Shown: one piece after another, positions 17,033 through 24,672 of the stretch
Layout of the letters: every line of letters begins with the position of its first letter
Position numbering within the stretch: position 1 is the stretch's first letter
Origin: a virus
Taxonomy: Duplodnaviria; Caudoviricetes
Strand: one strand, 5' to 3'
DNA: 24,933 nt
IMG/VR virus record: IMGVR_UViG_3300021373_000405
Coordinates: 1-24,933 of that record
The notes under the pieces: generated by a model
What the model was told of the DNA's origin: nothing
Database searches by the model: none
The model's input: the letters and a program-made list of their open reading frames with translations, nothing else
Position numbers and translations under genes: made by a program

Positions 17033-17448
17033 GGAAGTGGGTCGTTCTTGCTTTGGTGTTTGTCAGTCCTGTGTGGGCGGATAGCACTTCGCTAAATTTG
17101 CAGTTACCTGCTGGGCCTACGAGCTACCAGTCGGACAAGTTTAGGGCAGGAAACCTAGATTGCTCCAATGCTATAGGCGGAGGAACCAATCTGGAATTTG
17201 GGGTTACTGGCGTCTTGAATAACGTTGGCAACCCATACGACGAGCTCAACCGCTCGCTTAACGAAAGTCGTGACGTAGGCGTCTACGCGAGGATTGTAAT
17301 CCCGTTAGATAAGCCCAAACAGCGAATTAACTGTAATACTCTTTATCAGCTTGAGTTACAGCAACGCCGCTTAGAAATCCGGAAGTTGGAAATGGAATTA
17401 GAAAACCTTCGGTCGTTGACGAGTGATGAAACAAATTTTGAGAACTAA
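17029..17448 (+). CDS. Exported protein with Cys-flanked amphipathic beta strands and C-terminal coiled coil
   Basis: ATGA-coupled start at 17029; signal MRKWVVLALVFVSPVWA|DS; NLEFGVTG and VGVYARIVIPL strands lie between two Cys. Confidence 0.75.
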   Translation: MRKWVVLALVFVSPVWADSTSLNLQLPAGPTSYQSDKFRAGNLDCSNAIGGGTNLEFGVTGVLNNVGNPYDELNRSLNESRDVGVYARIVIPLDKPKQRINCNTLYQLELQQRRLEIRKLEMELENLRSLTSDETNFEN

Positions 17449-17449
17449 T

Positions 17450-17968
17450 ATGGCAAAACGAGATTTAGGTGATGCTCTTGATAAAGTTGAAAACCTTCCT
17501 GATAAAAGGTTTGTTGCGTTTGGCTTGCGTTTTTCTATTACTCAACTTGGTCTTCTTTTGGGCCTCGTTGGTTCTGTACTCGGTAGCCTCTACGCTGGCT
17601 TCCTTATGTACCAGAAAGTTGAAGCTGTTGCGAACCTCGATCTCGGTGAATACCAGCAAGCTATGGATACTATGGACGCGAAAGTCTCTGGTATGGCAGA
17701 GAAGGTTGAAGAAGCCGTAGAGTACTCCAGAGACATAAAGAACGGGTTGAAGGATGATATTCTACGTATCGAGCAGCAAGTTGATCGCGTGGAAGATACT
17801 GTTCGGAATACTGAAGAAAAAGTCCGCGTGATGATCGACGATGCGTCAATACGGTTTGAAACAAAACGCGAGCAATTACGCATGTCTCAATCTGCTGACA
17901 TGAAAGCACTTGAGGATAGACTTAACTCCAAGCTCCAACGGGCCTTGGATAACCCCTTAGCTGATTAG
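17450..17968 (+). CDS. Single-TM protein with long C-terminal coiled coil
   Basis: ATG 17450 lies just after the upstream TAA (17446-17448); TM LGLLLGLVGSVLGSLYAGFLMY followed by ~110 aa of heptads ending RALDNPLAD. Confidence 0.78.
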   Translation: MAKRDLGDALDKVENLPDKRFVAFGLRFSITQLGLLLGLVGSVLGSLYAGFLMYQKVEAVANLDLGEYQQAMDTMDAKVSGMAEKVEEAVEYSRDIKNGLKDDILRIEQQVDRVEDTVRNTEEKVRVMIDDASIRFETKREQLRMSQSADMKALEDRLNSKLQRALDNPLAD

Positions 17969-17976
17969 GAGGCCTT

Positions 17977-18264
17977 ATGCCTACAAAGAAAGACCCACGT
18001 TTAGCGAGAGCAGGAGTCTCAGGCTACAACAAACCTAAGAAAACTCCGAGCCACCCTAAGAAGTCCCACGTTGTTGTGGCGAAAGTTGGGGACAAAGTTA
18101 AGACCATTCGGTTTGGGCAGCAAGGCGTCAAAGGTGCAGGTAAAAACCCAACGTCCGAGAAGGATAAAGCTCGAAAGAAGAGTTATTACGCCCGGCATAA
18201 CGCTCAAGACAGCAAACCTTCAAAGCTGTCCGCACGGTATTGGTCACATAAGGTGAAATGGTAA
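17977..18264 (+). CDS. Small basic protein (DUF6321-like)
   Basis: SD AGGAGG; NKPKKTPSHPKKSHVVVAK..KTIRFGQQG..RKKSYYARH..SARYWS.KVKW. Confidence 0.78.
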   Translation: MPTKKDPRLARAGVSGYNKPKKTPSHPKKSHVVVAKVGDKVKTIRFGQQGVKGAGKNPTSEKDKARKKSYYARHNAQDSKPSKLSARYWSHKVKW

Positions 18265-18416
18265 TGGCTAAGAAAGGTTTATACGCAAATATCCACGCGA
18301 AAAAGAAACGCATTGCCGCTGGCTCCAAAGAGAAGATGCGCAAAGTAGGCTCTAAAGGAGCCCCAACCAAAGCAGATTTTAAGAAAGCAGCTAAGACTGC
18401 CAAGAAGAGGAAATAG
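18264..18416 (+). CDS. 50-aa Lys/Ala-rich basic protein (not in ORF track)
   Basis: TAATG overlap; MAKKGLYANIHAKKKRIAAGSKEKMRKVGSKGAPTKADFKKAAKTAKKRK*. Confidence 0.78.
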   Translation: MAKKGLYANIHAKKKRIAAGSKEKMRKVGSKGAPTKADFKKAAKTAKKRK

Positions 18417-18418
18417 TT

Positions 18419-18532
18419 ATGGCTTATGGCAAGAAAACGAAATCAAAAACGTCTGCATTCAAAACTTGCAGTAAATGTATTGCACCTGCGCGTTGTAAGC
18501 GTGGGAAGAAGTGTTTGGGGAAGAAAAAATGA
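18419..18532 (+). CDS. 37-aa basic Cys4 protein (not in ORF track)
   Basis: MAYGKKTKSKTSAFKTCSKCIAPARCKRGKKCLGKKK*; GAGG upstream; exactly fills the gap and its TGA overlaps ATG 18529. Confidence 0.68.
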   Translation: MAYGKKTKSKTSAFKTCSKCIAPARCKRGKKCLGKKK

Positions 18533-18825
18533 GCGAATACGATTTGAATGGTAATGGGAAGATAGACCCAGAAGAACGAGAGATTATGCTAGAAGACCGT
18601 CGTCGCCAGATGGAAGACGCGGACGCTAAGCGCGACTCCCAACGCAAGATGGCATGGTTCTCTTTAATGGGCATGCTGGTTTTTCCTTTCGGTGTGGTGC
18701 TTACGGAGTTCTTAGGTCTCGGCAACGCCAGTACCTTGCTGTCTAGTATGTCTAATATCTACTATGTGAGTATCGCCGCCATCGTAGCTGCGTATTTCGG
18801 TTTTTCTAATATCGGAGGTAAATAA
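18529..18825 (+). CDS. Two-TM membrane protein with N-terminal EF-hand-like loop (holin/antiholin candidate)
   Basis: ATGA-coupled start at 18529; DLNGNGKIDPEE loop and two hydrophobic segments; adjacent to holin and endolysin. Confidence 0.7.
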   Translation: MSEYDLNGNGKIDPEEREIMLEDRRRQMEDADAKRDSQRKMAWFSLMGMLVFPFGVVLTEFLGLGNASTLLSSMSNIYYVSIAAIVAAYFGFSNIGGK

Positions 18826-19220
18826 TGTTACAGGCATTGATTGGTCCTGTTTCGGGTCTTCTCGATAAAGTCATTGAAGACAAAGATCAAAAGGCCGCAC
18901 TGGCTCACGAGATCGCTACTATGTCTGAGCGACATGCGCAGGAGTTGGCTAAAGGCCAGTTGGAAATAAACAAAGCTGAAGCTGCTTCGGGCTCTGTATT
19001 TAAAGGTGGTTGGCGCCCCTTTATCGGGTGGGTTTGCGGAGTTGCGTTCGCCTATCACTTTGTCCTCCAACCATTAATTGTGTTCGCTGTCACTGCTGCT
19101 GGTGCAGAAATCCCGGAACTTCCTGAGTTTGACATGAGCTCGTTGATGACTGTGATGATGGGCATGCTAGGCCTAGGCGGCTTACGTAGCTTTGAGAAGT
19201 CTAAAGGAATTTCTAAATGA
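18825..19220 (+). CDS. Holin (GTA_holin_3TM/DUF3154-like)
   Basis: QLEINKAEA..S.F.GGWRPFIGWVCG..GMLGLGGLRSFEK signature; SD GGAGG; directly upstream of the endolysin. Confidence 0.85.
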   Translation: MLQALIGPVSGLLDKVIEDKDQKAALAHEIATMSERHAQELAKGQLEINKAEAASGSVFKGGWRPFIGWVCGVAFAYHFVLQPLIVFAVTAAGAEIPELPEFDMSSLMTVMMGMLGLGGLRSFEKSKGISK

Positions 19221-20038
19221 TAGTTACTGAAAGACAACTTGAACAATTACTACATGGAAACCCAGACTGGAAAGAGTGGCTTGAGCCAGTGCAGAAAATG
19301 CTTCCTAAGTACGGCATCGACTCTGCTAATCGCCTAGCGATGTTCTTTGCTCAGTGTGGTCACGAAAGCCTAAACTTTAAAGTTCTCGAGGAGAACCTTA
19401 ACTACAGTGCGAAAGCTCTCAATGCTGTGTTCCCTAAGTATTTCAGACGTGCCGGAAGAGACGCGGAGGAGTACCACAGGCAACCTGAAAAGATCGCAAA
19501 CGTTGTCTACGCCAACCGTATGGGGAATGGCGATACTGACTCCGGTGATGGCTGGAAGCATAGAGGGTTTGGAGTTATCCAACTGACCGGTAAGAATAAC
19601 CAAAGTGCGTTTGCAAAAAGTGTCCATAAGACCCTAGAGGAAACACTTGAGTACCTACAAACAAAAATGGGTGCACTTGAAAGTGCATGCTGGTTTTGGA
19701 GGCAAAATAGTGTTAACGTGTATGCAAACCAACAAGATATTCGCGGTGCAACCAAACGAATAAATGGTGGTTATATTGGTCTTGAAGATCGCAAGCATCA
19801 CTACGAGCGTGCTCTAAAGATACTTGGCGGGACGTACACTCCACAGCCTGCGCCGGTTCTACTCAAAGTCGGCTCCCGTGGCGAAGAAGTGAAAAAAGTC
19901 CAACAAGCGCTAGGGCAAGATGCAGATGGGATTTTCGGCAAAATGACTGAAGCTGCCGTGATTGAGTGGCAGAGTAACCATAATTTGACGCCTGACGGCA
20001 TTGTCGGTCCTAAGACCTACGCAGCCATGGTCGGGTAA
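19217..20038 (+). CDS. Endolysin: GH19 catalytic domain plus C-terminal PG_binding_1 domain
   Basis: AMFFAQCGHES, EENLNYS, GDGWKHRG.G.IQLTG, SACWFW, TKRINGG..GLEDR; C-terminal GSRGEEVKKVQ..DGIFG..TEAAV..WQ..LTPDGIVGPKT. Confidence 0.92.
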   Translation: MIVTERQLEQLLHGNPDWKEWLEPVQKMLPKYGIDSANRLAMFFAQCGHESLNFKVLEENLNYSAKALNAVFPKYFRRAGRDAEEYHRQPEKIANVVYANRMGNGDTDSGDGWKHRGFGVIQLTGKNNQSAFAKSVHKTLEETLEYLQTKMGALESACWFWRQNSVNVYANQQDIRGATKRINGGYIGLEDRKHHYERALKILGGTYTPQPAPVLLKVGSRGEEVKKVQQALGQDADGIFGKMTEAAVIEWQSNHNLTPDGIVGPKTYAAMVG

Positions 20039-20040
20039 TT

Positions 20041-20059
20041 TGTTTAGGAGTTAGCACAT
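20041..20059. promoter_or_regulatory. Putative operator, copy 3 (TGTTTAG-GA-GTTAGCACAT) overlapping an RBS
   Basis: GTTAGCACAT at 20050-20059 is the exact reverse complement of 3233-3242; the site overlaps SD AGGAG and ATG 20058. Confidence 0.45.
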
Positions 20060-21677
20060 GCCAGTTGTTGCCCTTAAATCGTTTGGCGGAATTGCCCCAA
20101 AAATCCCTGCCCGATACCTTAAAGATAATCAGGCGCAGACGGCGCTTAACTGCCCTGTTTTTGCTGGCAGCATTCAGCCTATACAGGCGATGGGAGACCC
20201 GCTTCTCACGTTTGAGAAATCCGGTGAAATAAAAAGCATCTATAGGTTTGGTCAGGATAACATATCTGACACCGAGCACTGGTTCCACTGGACAGATGAA
20301 GTAGATGTTTGTCGTAGCCAAATTGCTGGAGATACTTCTGAGTGGACTTTCTTTACCGGCGATGGCGGGCCAAAGGCCACTAACTCTGAAATTGCACTTG
20401 ACGGAAATAACTACCCATCAAACTCTCGACCGTTAGGTTTAGCTAAACCCACTACGGAAGCTACTGCTACAGTTCAAGGGACTGAAGACGATACTGAAAC
20501 GCAGGAAACTAGGGTTTACGCGTACACGTTTGTGAACAAAGAAGCTGGGCGTGAGATTGAATCTGCTCCGTCAGGCGCGTCTAACAATGTAGATGTCAGG
20601 ACCTCACAAACTGTTAAGTTAACTAACCTAGAGACAACGCCCGGAGCGGGTTATCTTGCTACACATAAACGTATCTACCGAGCAACGGCAGGTGTGTTTT
20701 TGCTAGTCGACGAGATTGATATAGCTAACACAGAATATACGGATAGTGTTTCACCGGATGATCTGGCCGAAGAGCTACCTTCGTTCTACTGGTCTACACC
20801 ACCAGCGGCGCTCGAAGGTTTGATTAACTTGCCTAACGGTATGATGGCGGGGTTTGTGGGCAGAGACTTGTACTTCTGCGAACCTTACCGTCCTCACGCG
20901 TGGCCGGAGAATTACATACAAACCCTTGATTATCCCATTGTTGGGTTAGGGCGTATGGATACCACACTGGCTGTTTTGACTACTGGTAATCCTTATTTTG
21001 TACAGGGTTCTCACCCCAGTAATATGGCAGTTGTTAAGTCGGACTTAGAGCAGGCATGCGTTTCGAAAGAAAGTATTGTCAGTACGGGCGGAGGAGTTCT
21101 ATACGCTGCGCCGGACGGGCTTATGCTCTTGTCCCCCGGCGGTTCACGGATTATTACACAAGATTACTTTAACTTCCGTATCTGGCAGGAGTATTTTAAA
21201 CCAGACTCCATACACTCTTACCAGCAGGATAATCAGTACATAGCGTTTTATGACAACGGTACAACGAAGGGTGGATTCATCTTCGATATCCCCAGTCGCC
21301 AGTTCATATTGCATGACATGTACGTTACTGCGGGGTTCCAAGACCTGCAACGAGACAAACTATTTTTATGTACCGAAGATAGAAAGCTAGTCGTTTGGCA
21401 AGGTGGAGCCGTGAAAGATTATATCTGGCGGTCCAAGAGGTTTACTATGCCGCAAGAAATCAGCTTTGCCTGTGGGCAGTTAGAAGCTGAGGCTTACCCA
21501 ATGACAGTTAAGTTTTATGCGGACGGGACACTGATACATACCCAGTCCGTAGCTTCCAGAAACCCGTTCAGACTGCCGGTAAAGAGAGGGCGCGATTGGG
21601 AGGTTCAAGTCGAAGGCAATAAAGAAGTTTTCTCTATAGCGATGTCTACATCAATGTCGGAGCTTGCTAATGCCTAG
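20058..21677 (+). CDS. Tail nozzle/DNA stabilisation-like protein (beta-propeller type)
   Basis: 539 aa; F.GIAP.I..R.L, ETRVYAYTFV..ESAPS, KRIYR, LYFCEPYRPHAWP, EQACVS, VLYAAPDGL and WRSKRF motifs fit podovirus tail tubular B/stabilisation proteins. Confidence 0.72.
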   Translation: MPVVALKSFGGIAPKIPARYLKDNQAQTALNCPVFAGSIQPIQAMGDPLLTFEKSGEIKSIYRFGQDNISDTEHWFHWTDEVDVCRSQIAGDTSEWTFFTGDGGPKATNSEIALDGNNYPSNSRPLGLAKPTTEATATVQGTEDDTETQETRVYAYTFVNKEAGREIESAPSGASNNVDVRTSQTVKLTNLETTPGAGYLATHKRIYRATAGVFLLVDEIDIANTEYTDSVSPDDLAEELPSFYWSTPPAALEGLINLPNGMMAGFVGRDLYFCEPYRPHAWPENYIQTLDYPIVGLGRMDTTLAVLTTGNPYFVQGSHPSNMAVVKSDLEQACVSKESIVSTGGGVLYAAPDGLMLLSPGGSRIITQDYFNFRIWQEYFKPDSIHSYQQDNQYIAFYDNGTTKGGFIFDIPSRQFILHDMYVTAGFQDLQRDKLFLCTEDRKLVVWQGGAVKDYIWRSKRFTMPQEISFACGQLEAEAYPMTVKFYADGTLIHTQSVASRNPFRLPVKRGRDWEVQVEGNKEVFSIAMSTSMSELANA

Positions 21678-24672
21678 TTTACCCACAGTTTCGAGTAATA
21701 TCCCAAATGATTTGCGTCAGTTTGTAGACCGTGTTCGCGAGAACATCGACGGCCGTGGACTGGATGAGATTATTACAGCACGTAAATTAGTTGCCGCTGG
21801 CCTAGCAGAATACGCGGGTGGCAACCTCGGCTCAGCAACAGGTAATCAAATTTTTGCTACACCCCCGCCACCGACTAACCTCGACGCGAGTGGGGCTATC
21901 GCCAACATAATCGTTACATGGGATAAAGCGCCCTACCAAGGGCACGCTTACACAGAAATTTGGGCGGCTGAACAAACGCAAGAACAGAAAGATGCAGACC
22001 CTGAGCAGTACCCCGACTTAGGTGAAGCGAGCCTTGTTGGTATGGCTCCCGGACAGGTTTGGGTACATAACATTGGCGCTGGTGGCTCCCGATGGTATTG
22101 GGCACGGTTCGTTAACGTTGAAGGTGTTGCTGGAGCTTTTAACGCTGTTGATGGCATCCGTGGCGACACGGGCCAAGACCCTGAGTACCTAATCGGTCTT
22201 TTGGCGGGCCAGATAACAGAGTCAGAACTAAACGCCGCTTTGAGTAGCCGCATTGATTTAATTGATGGCGGGGAAAATGTTGCTGGGTCAGTAGCAGCTA
22301 GGATTGCTACAATACAAGGGCAGGTCAATGAATTGCTCAACCTTCCCACGTGGGACAGTAGTACGGCTTACGCAATAGATGACCAAGTTGTTTATGAAGG
22401 CTTTTTGTATGTTGCCCTCGCTGCTTCAACGAATGTCACCCCGGGGACGGATGATACTAAGTGGGAAAAGATTGGCGAGTACGCTACCCTAGGTGACGCT
22501 GTTGCCGCGCATACTAACCAGATTGATACATTGCAGGATGACGTATCTAGTCGTGCCACAGAAATTACTACCTTAGCTTCTCAACTGCGAGGAGACTACG
22601 TAGGGAGCGACCCGTCACTGCTAACGCAAGGTCTTCTTTATCAGGAGCGTGAGGCCCGTACAACGGCAACCACTGCACTGGCATCTCAAATCGACACCTT
22701 TACGGCTTTTGCAAATACAAAATCTCGGGTGTTCTACCAAGCAGACGCGCCCACTCCAAGTGAAGACGCACCTCTTAGTCCCGGCGACCTGTGGATAGAC
22801 ACGGATGTGACGCTTGCAGATGACTATATTGAGGGGGACTACTCAATCAGTTCAATGCGAATGTACCGCTATGATGGCTCTAACTGGGTTGAGGCTATGG
22901 ACTTCGGTTTCGCCGACTGGTTTACAGCTATTCGCACTGAAAAAACTTCGCGTGTTACTGAAGACGAAGCGTTATCAACTCGTATTGATACGTTGGTGTC
23001 GAGCACCAATAGTAGTTTAGCTACGATTAATAGTACGCTTTCCACGCATACTTCTGATATTTCTTCAACTGCTTCTGATGTAACTAACTTAACTTCCACT
23101 GTGGGAAGTAATAAAACAGCCCTAGAAGCTGCTTTGCAGGTGGAGAGAGAAACTCGATCAACTCAAGACGCTGCCTTGTCTAGCCAGATCACCACCGCGC
23201 AAGCCACTTTGGGGGATGACATTACTGCGGCAGTAAGTACTGAGACGTCTGCTCGGGTAGCTGCTGATGGCGAGATTAAGGCAAAAAATACGGTGAAGAT
23301 AGATGCCGCTGGGCATGTGTCAGGGTACGGTTTGATCTCTACCGGCAACACGGCAAACCCAACGTCTGAGTTTGGCATTAAAGCCGACTCGTTCTTTATA
23401 GCACCCCCGGCCTCTCACAGTGCTTCTGCGCCAACGACGAACCTGTACAAGGGGAGAGTCTGGGTAGACACGAGTGGCGAGACAGATGTTACCAAATACT
23501 ACACCGGCTCCTCTTGGAGTACGGACCCTCAAAACCTTCCTTTCGTTGTACGCTCTTCACCCACGACGATCAATGGAGTGTTAGCACCTCCGGGAGTTTA
23601 CATAACAGATGCGTTCATCGCTGACGGTACGATTAACAACGCCAAGATAGGGCAGTTAGCTGTCGACGACGCAAAGATTGCTTCCATGGACGCAGCCAAA
23701 ATCACCGCTGGGTTTCTTGATGCTGCAAGAATTGCGGCTGGCTCTATAGACGCTTCAAAGATAGATACACGTGGGCTTTCAATTAAAGATAACAATGGAA
23801 ACATTGTTCTCCAAGCCGGGACACCACTTAACGTAAGTAACGTAGAAGGGTTGGGTACACTAGCAACGTATAATTCCATAACTCTTGCTAACGTTAGCGA
23901 CGCGGGTGATCTAGCATCAAAGGATGAAGTAACGCACGAAGACTTGGAAAGCGGGCTCGCTGGGTTGCTTGATGGTAAAATTATGTCTTGGTTCCAGACA
24001 TCAAACCCCGCCTTGGCTTGGACTACTAACGCCACGCGTAGTTTACATATCGGCGACATGTGGTGGAAAGTACAGGACGCCAAGTTATTCCGGTATGCGT
24101 ACGAGAGCGGGAGTTACAAGTGGAAAGAGCTTACAAACCAACAAGCGATTGACGCTTACTCAGCGGCTTCTCAAGCGCAAGATACCGCCGATGGGAAGAG
24201 ACGGGTGTTTGTCTCTCAACCTACAACTCCGTACGACGTTGGGGATTTATGGGACCGAGGTGCAGTCACAGGACTGTATAGATGTAAAACTGGTAAAGCC
24301 TCAGGTGCTTTCAGCTCTAATCACTGGCAGAAGGTTGCTGACACTACGGCGGAAAACGAAGCGAAGACTATCGCGAACCAATCCGAGTTTGCTACTCTCG
24401 ATAAGATCACCAAAGACAATATCAGTACATTCATTTCGAACGGTGCGATTACAAACGCATATATTGGCAATGTTATTCAGTCAGCCAGTTTCAGTACTAC
24501 CGATGGATGGAAAATAGATAAAAACGGCGCGATGACTATGAACAACGCGACTTTCCGAGGCACGCTAGATATTACGGGCAGTAGCAACACCAACCGGCTT
24601 AACATGACTAGCACCAAGATTGAAGTGATTGACTCAAATAACCAAGTTCGGGTCCGGATTGGGAAGCTATAA
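21670..24672 (+). CDS. Host-specificity/tail fibre protein with FN3-like, CBM5/12-like and DUF1983-like regions
   Basis: ATG 21670 with SD GGAG. PPPTNL..IVTW..WYWARFVN (FN3-like); WDSSTAYAIDDQVVYEGFLY..PG...W (CBM5/12-like); coiled coil; TVKID..GHVSGYGL..F.I.ADSF..PFVV..VYITDAFIADGTINNAKI (DUF1983-like); ends VRVRIGKL. Confidence 0.82.
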   Translation: MPSLPTVSSNIPNDLRQFVDRVRENIDGRGLDEIITARKLVAAGLAEYAGGNLGSATGNQIFATPPPPTNLDASGAIANIIVTWDKAPYQGHAYTEIWAAEQTQEQKDADPEQYPDLGEASLVGMAPGQVWVHNIGAGGSRWYWARFVNVEGVAGAFNAVDGIRGDTGQDPEYLIGLLAGQITESELNAALSSRIDLIDGGENVAGSVAARIATIQGQVNELLNLPTWDSSTAYAIDDQVVYEGFLYVALAASTNVTPGTDDTKWEKIGEYATLGDAVAAHTNQIDTLQDDVSSRATEITTLASQLRGDYVGSDPSLLTQGLLYQEREARTTATTALASQIDTFTAFANTKSRVFYQADAPTPSEDAPLSPGDLWIDTDVTLADDYIEGDYSISSMRMYRYDGSNWVEAMDFGFADWFTAIRTEKTSRVTEDEALSTRIDTLVSSTNSSLATINSTLSTHTSDISSTASDVTNLTSTVGSNKTALEAALQVERETRSTQDAALSSQITTAQATLGDDITAAVSTETSARVAADGEIKAKNTVKIDAAGHVSGYGLISTGNTANPTSEFGIKADSFFIAPPASHSASAPTTNLYKGRVWVDTSGETDVTKYYTGSSWSTDPQNLPFVVRSSPTTINGVLAPPGVYITDAFIADGTINNAKIGQLAVDDAKIASMDAAKITAGFLDAARIAAGSIDASKIDTRGLSIKDNNGNIVLQAGTPLNVSNVEGLGTLATYNSITLANVSDAGDLASKDEVTHEDLESGLAGLLDGKIMSWFQTSNPALAWTTNATRSLHIGDMWWKVQDAKLFRYAYESGSYKWKELTNQQAIDAYSAASQAQDTADGKRRVFVSQPTTPYDVGDLWDRGAVTGLYRCKTGKASGAFSSNHWQKVADTTAENEAKTIANQSEFATLDKITKDNISTFISNGAITNAYIGNVIQSASFSTTDGWKIDKNGAMTMNNATFRGTLDITGSSNTNRLNMTSTKIEVIDSNNQVRVRIGKL

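Noticed and set aside
12862-21669. ORF-track upstream starts at 12862, 16631, 17002, 17423, 18511 and 21664
   Set aside because: Downstream ATGs (12898, 16643, 17029, 17450, 18529, 21670) give better SD or stop-start coupling and, for exported proteins, put the signal peptide at the N-terminus.
607-24083. Many minus-strand and alternative-frame ORFs in the track (e.g. 1502-1894, 6774-7244, 7808-8284, 23598-24083, 23969-24517)
   Set aside because: They overlap well-supported coupled + strand genes almost entirely, have no recognisable motifs, and many have the Ser-rich composition of antisense shadows.
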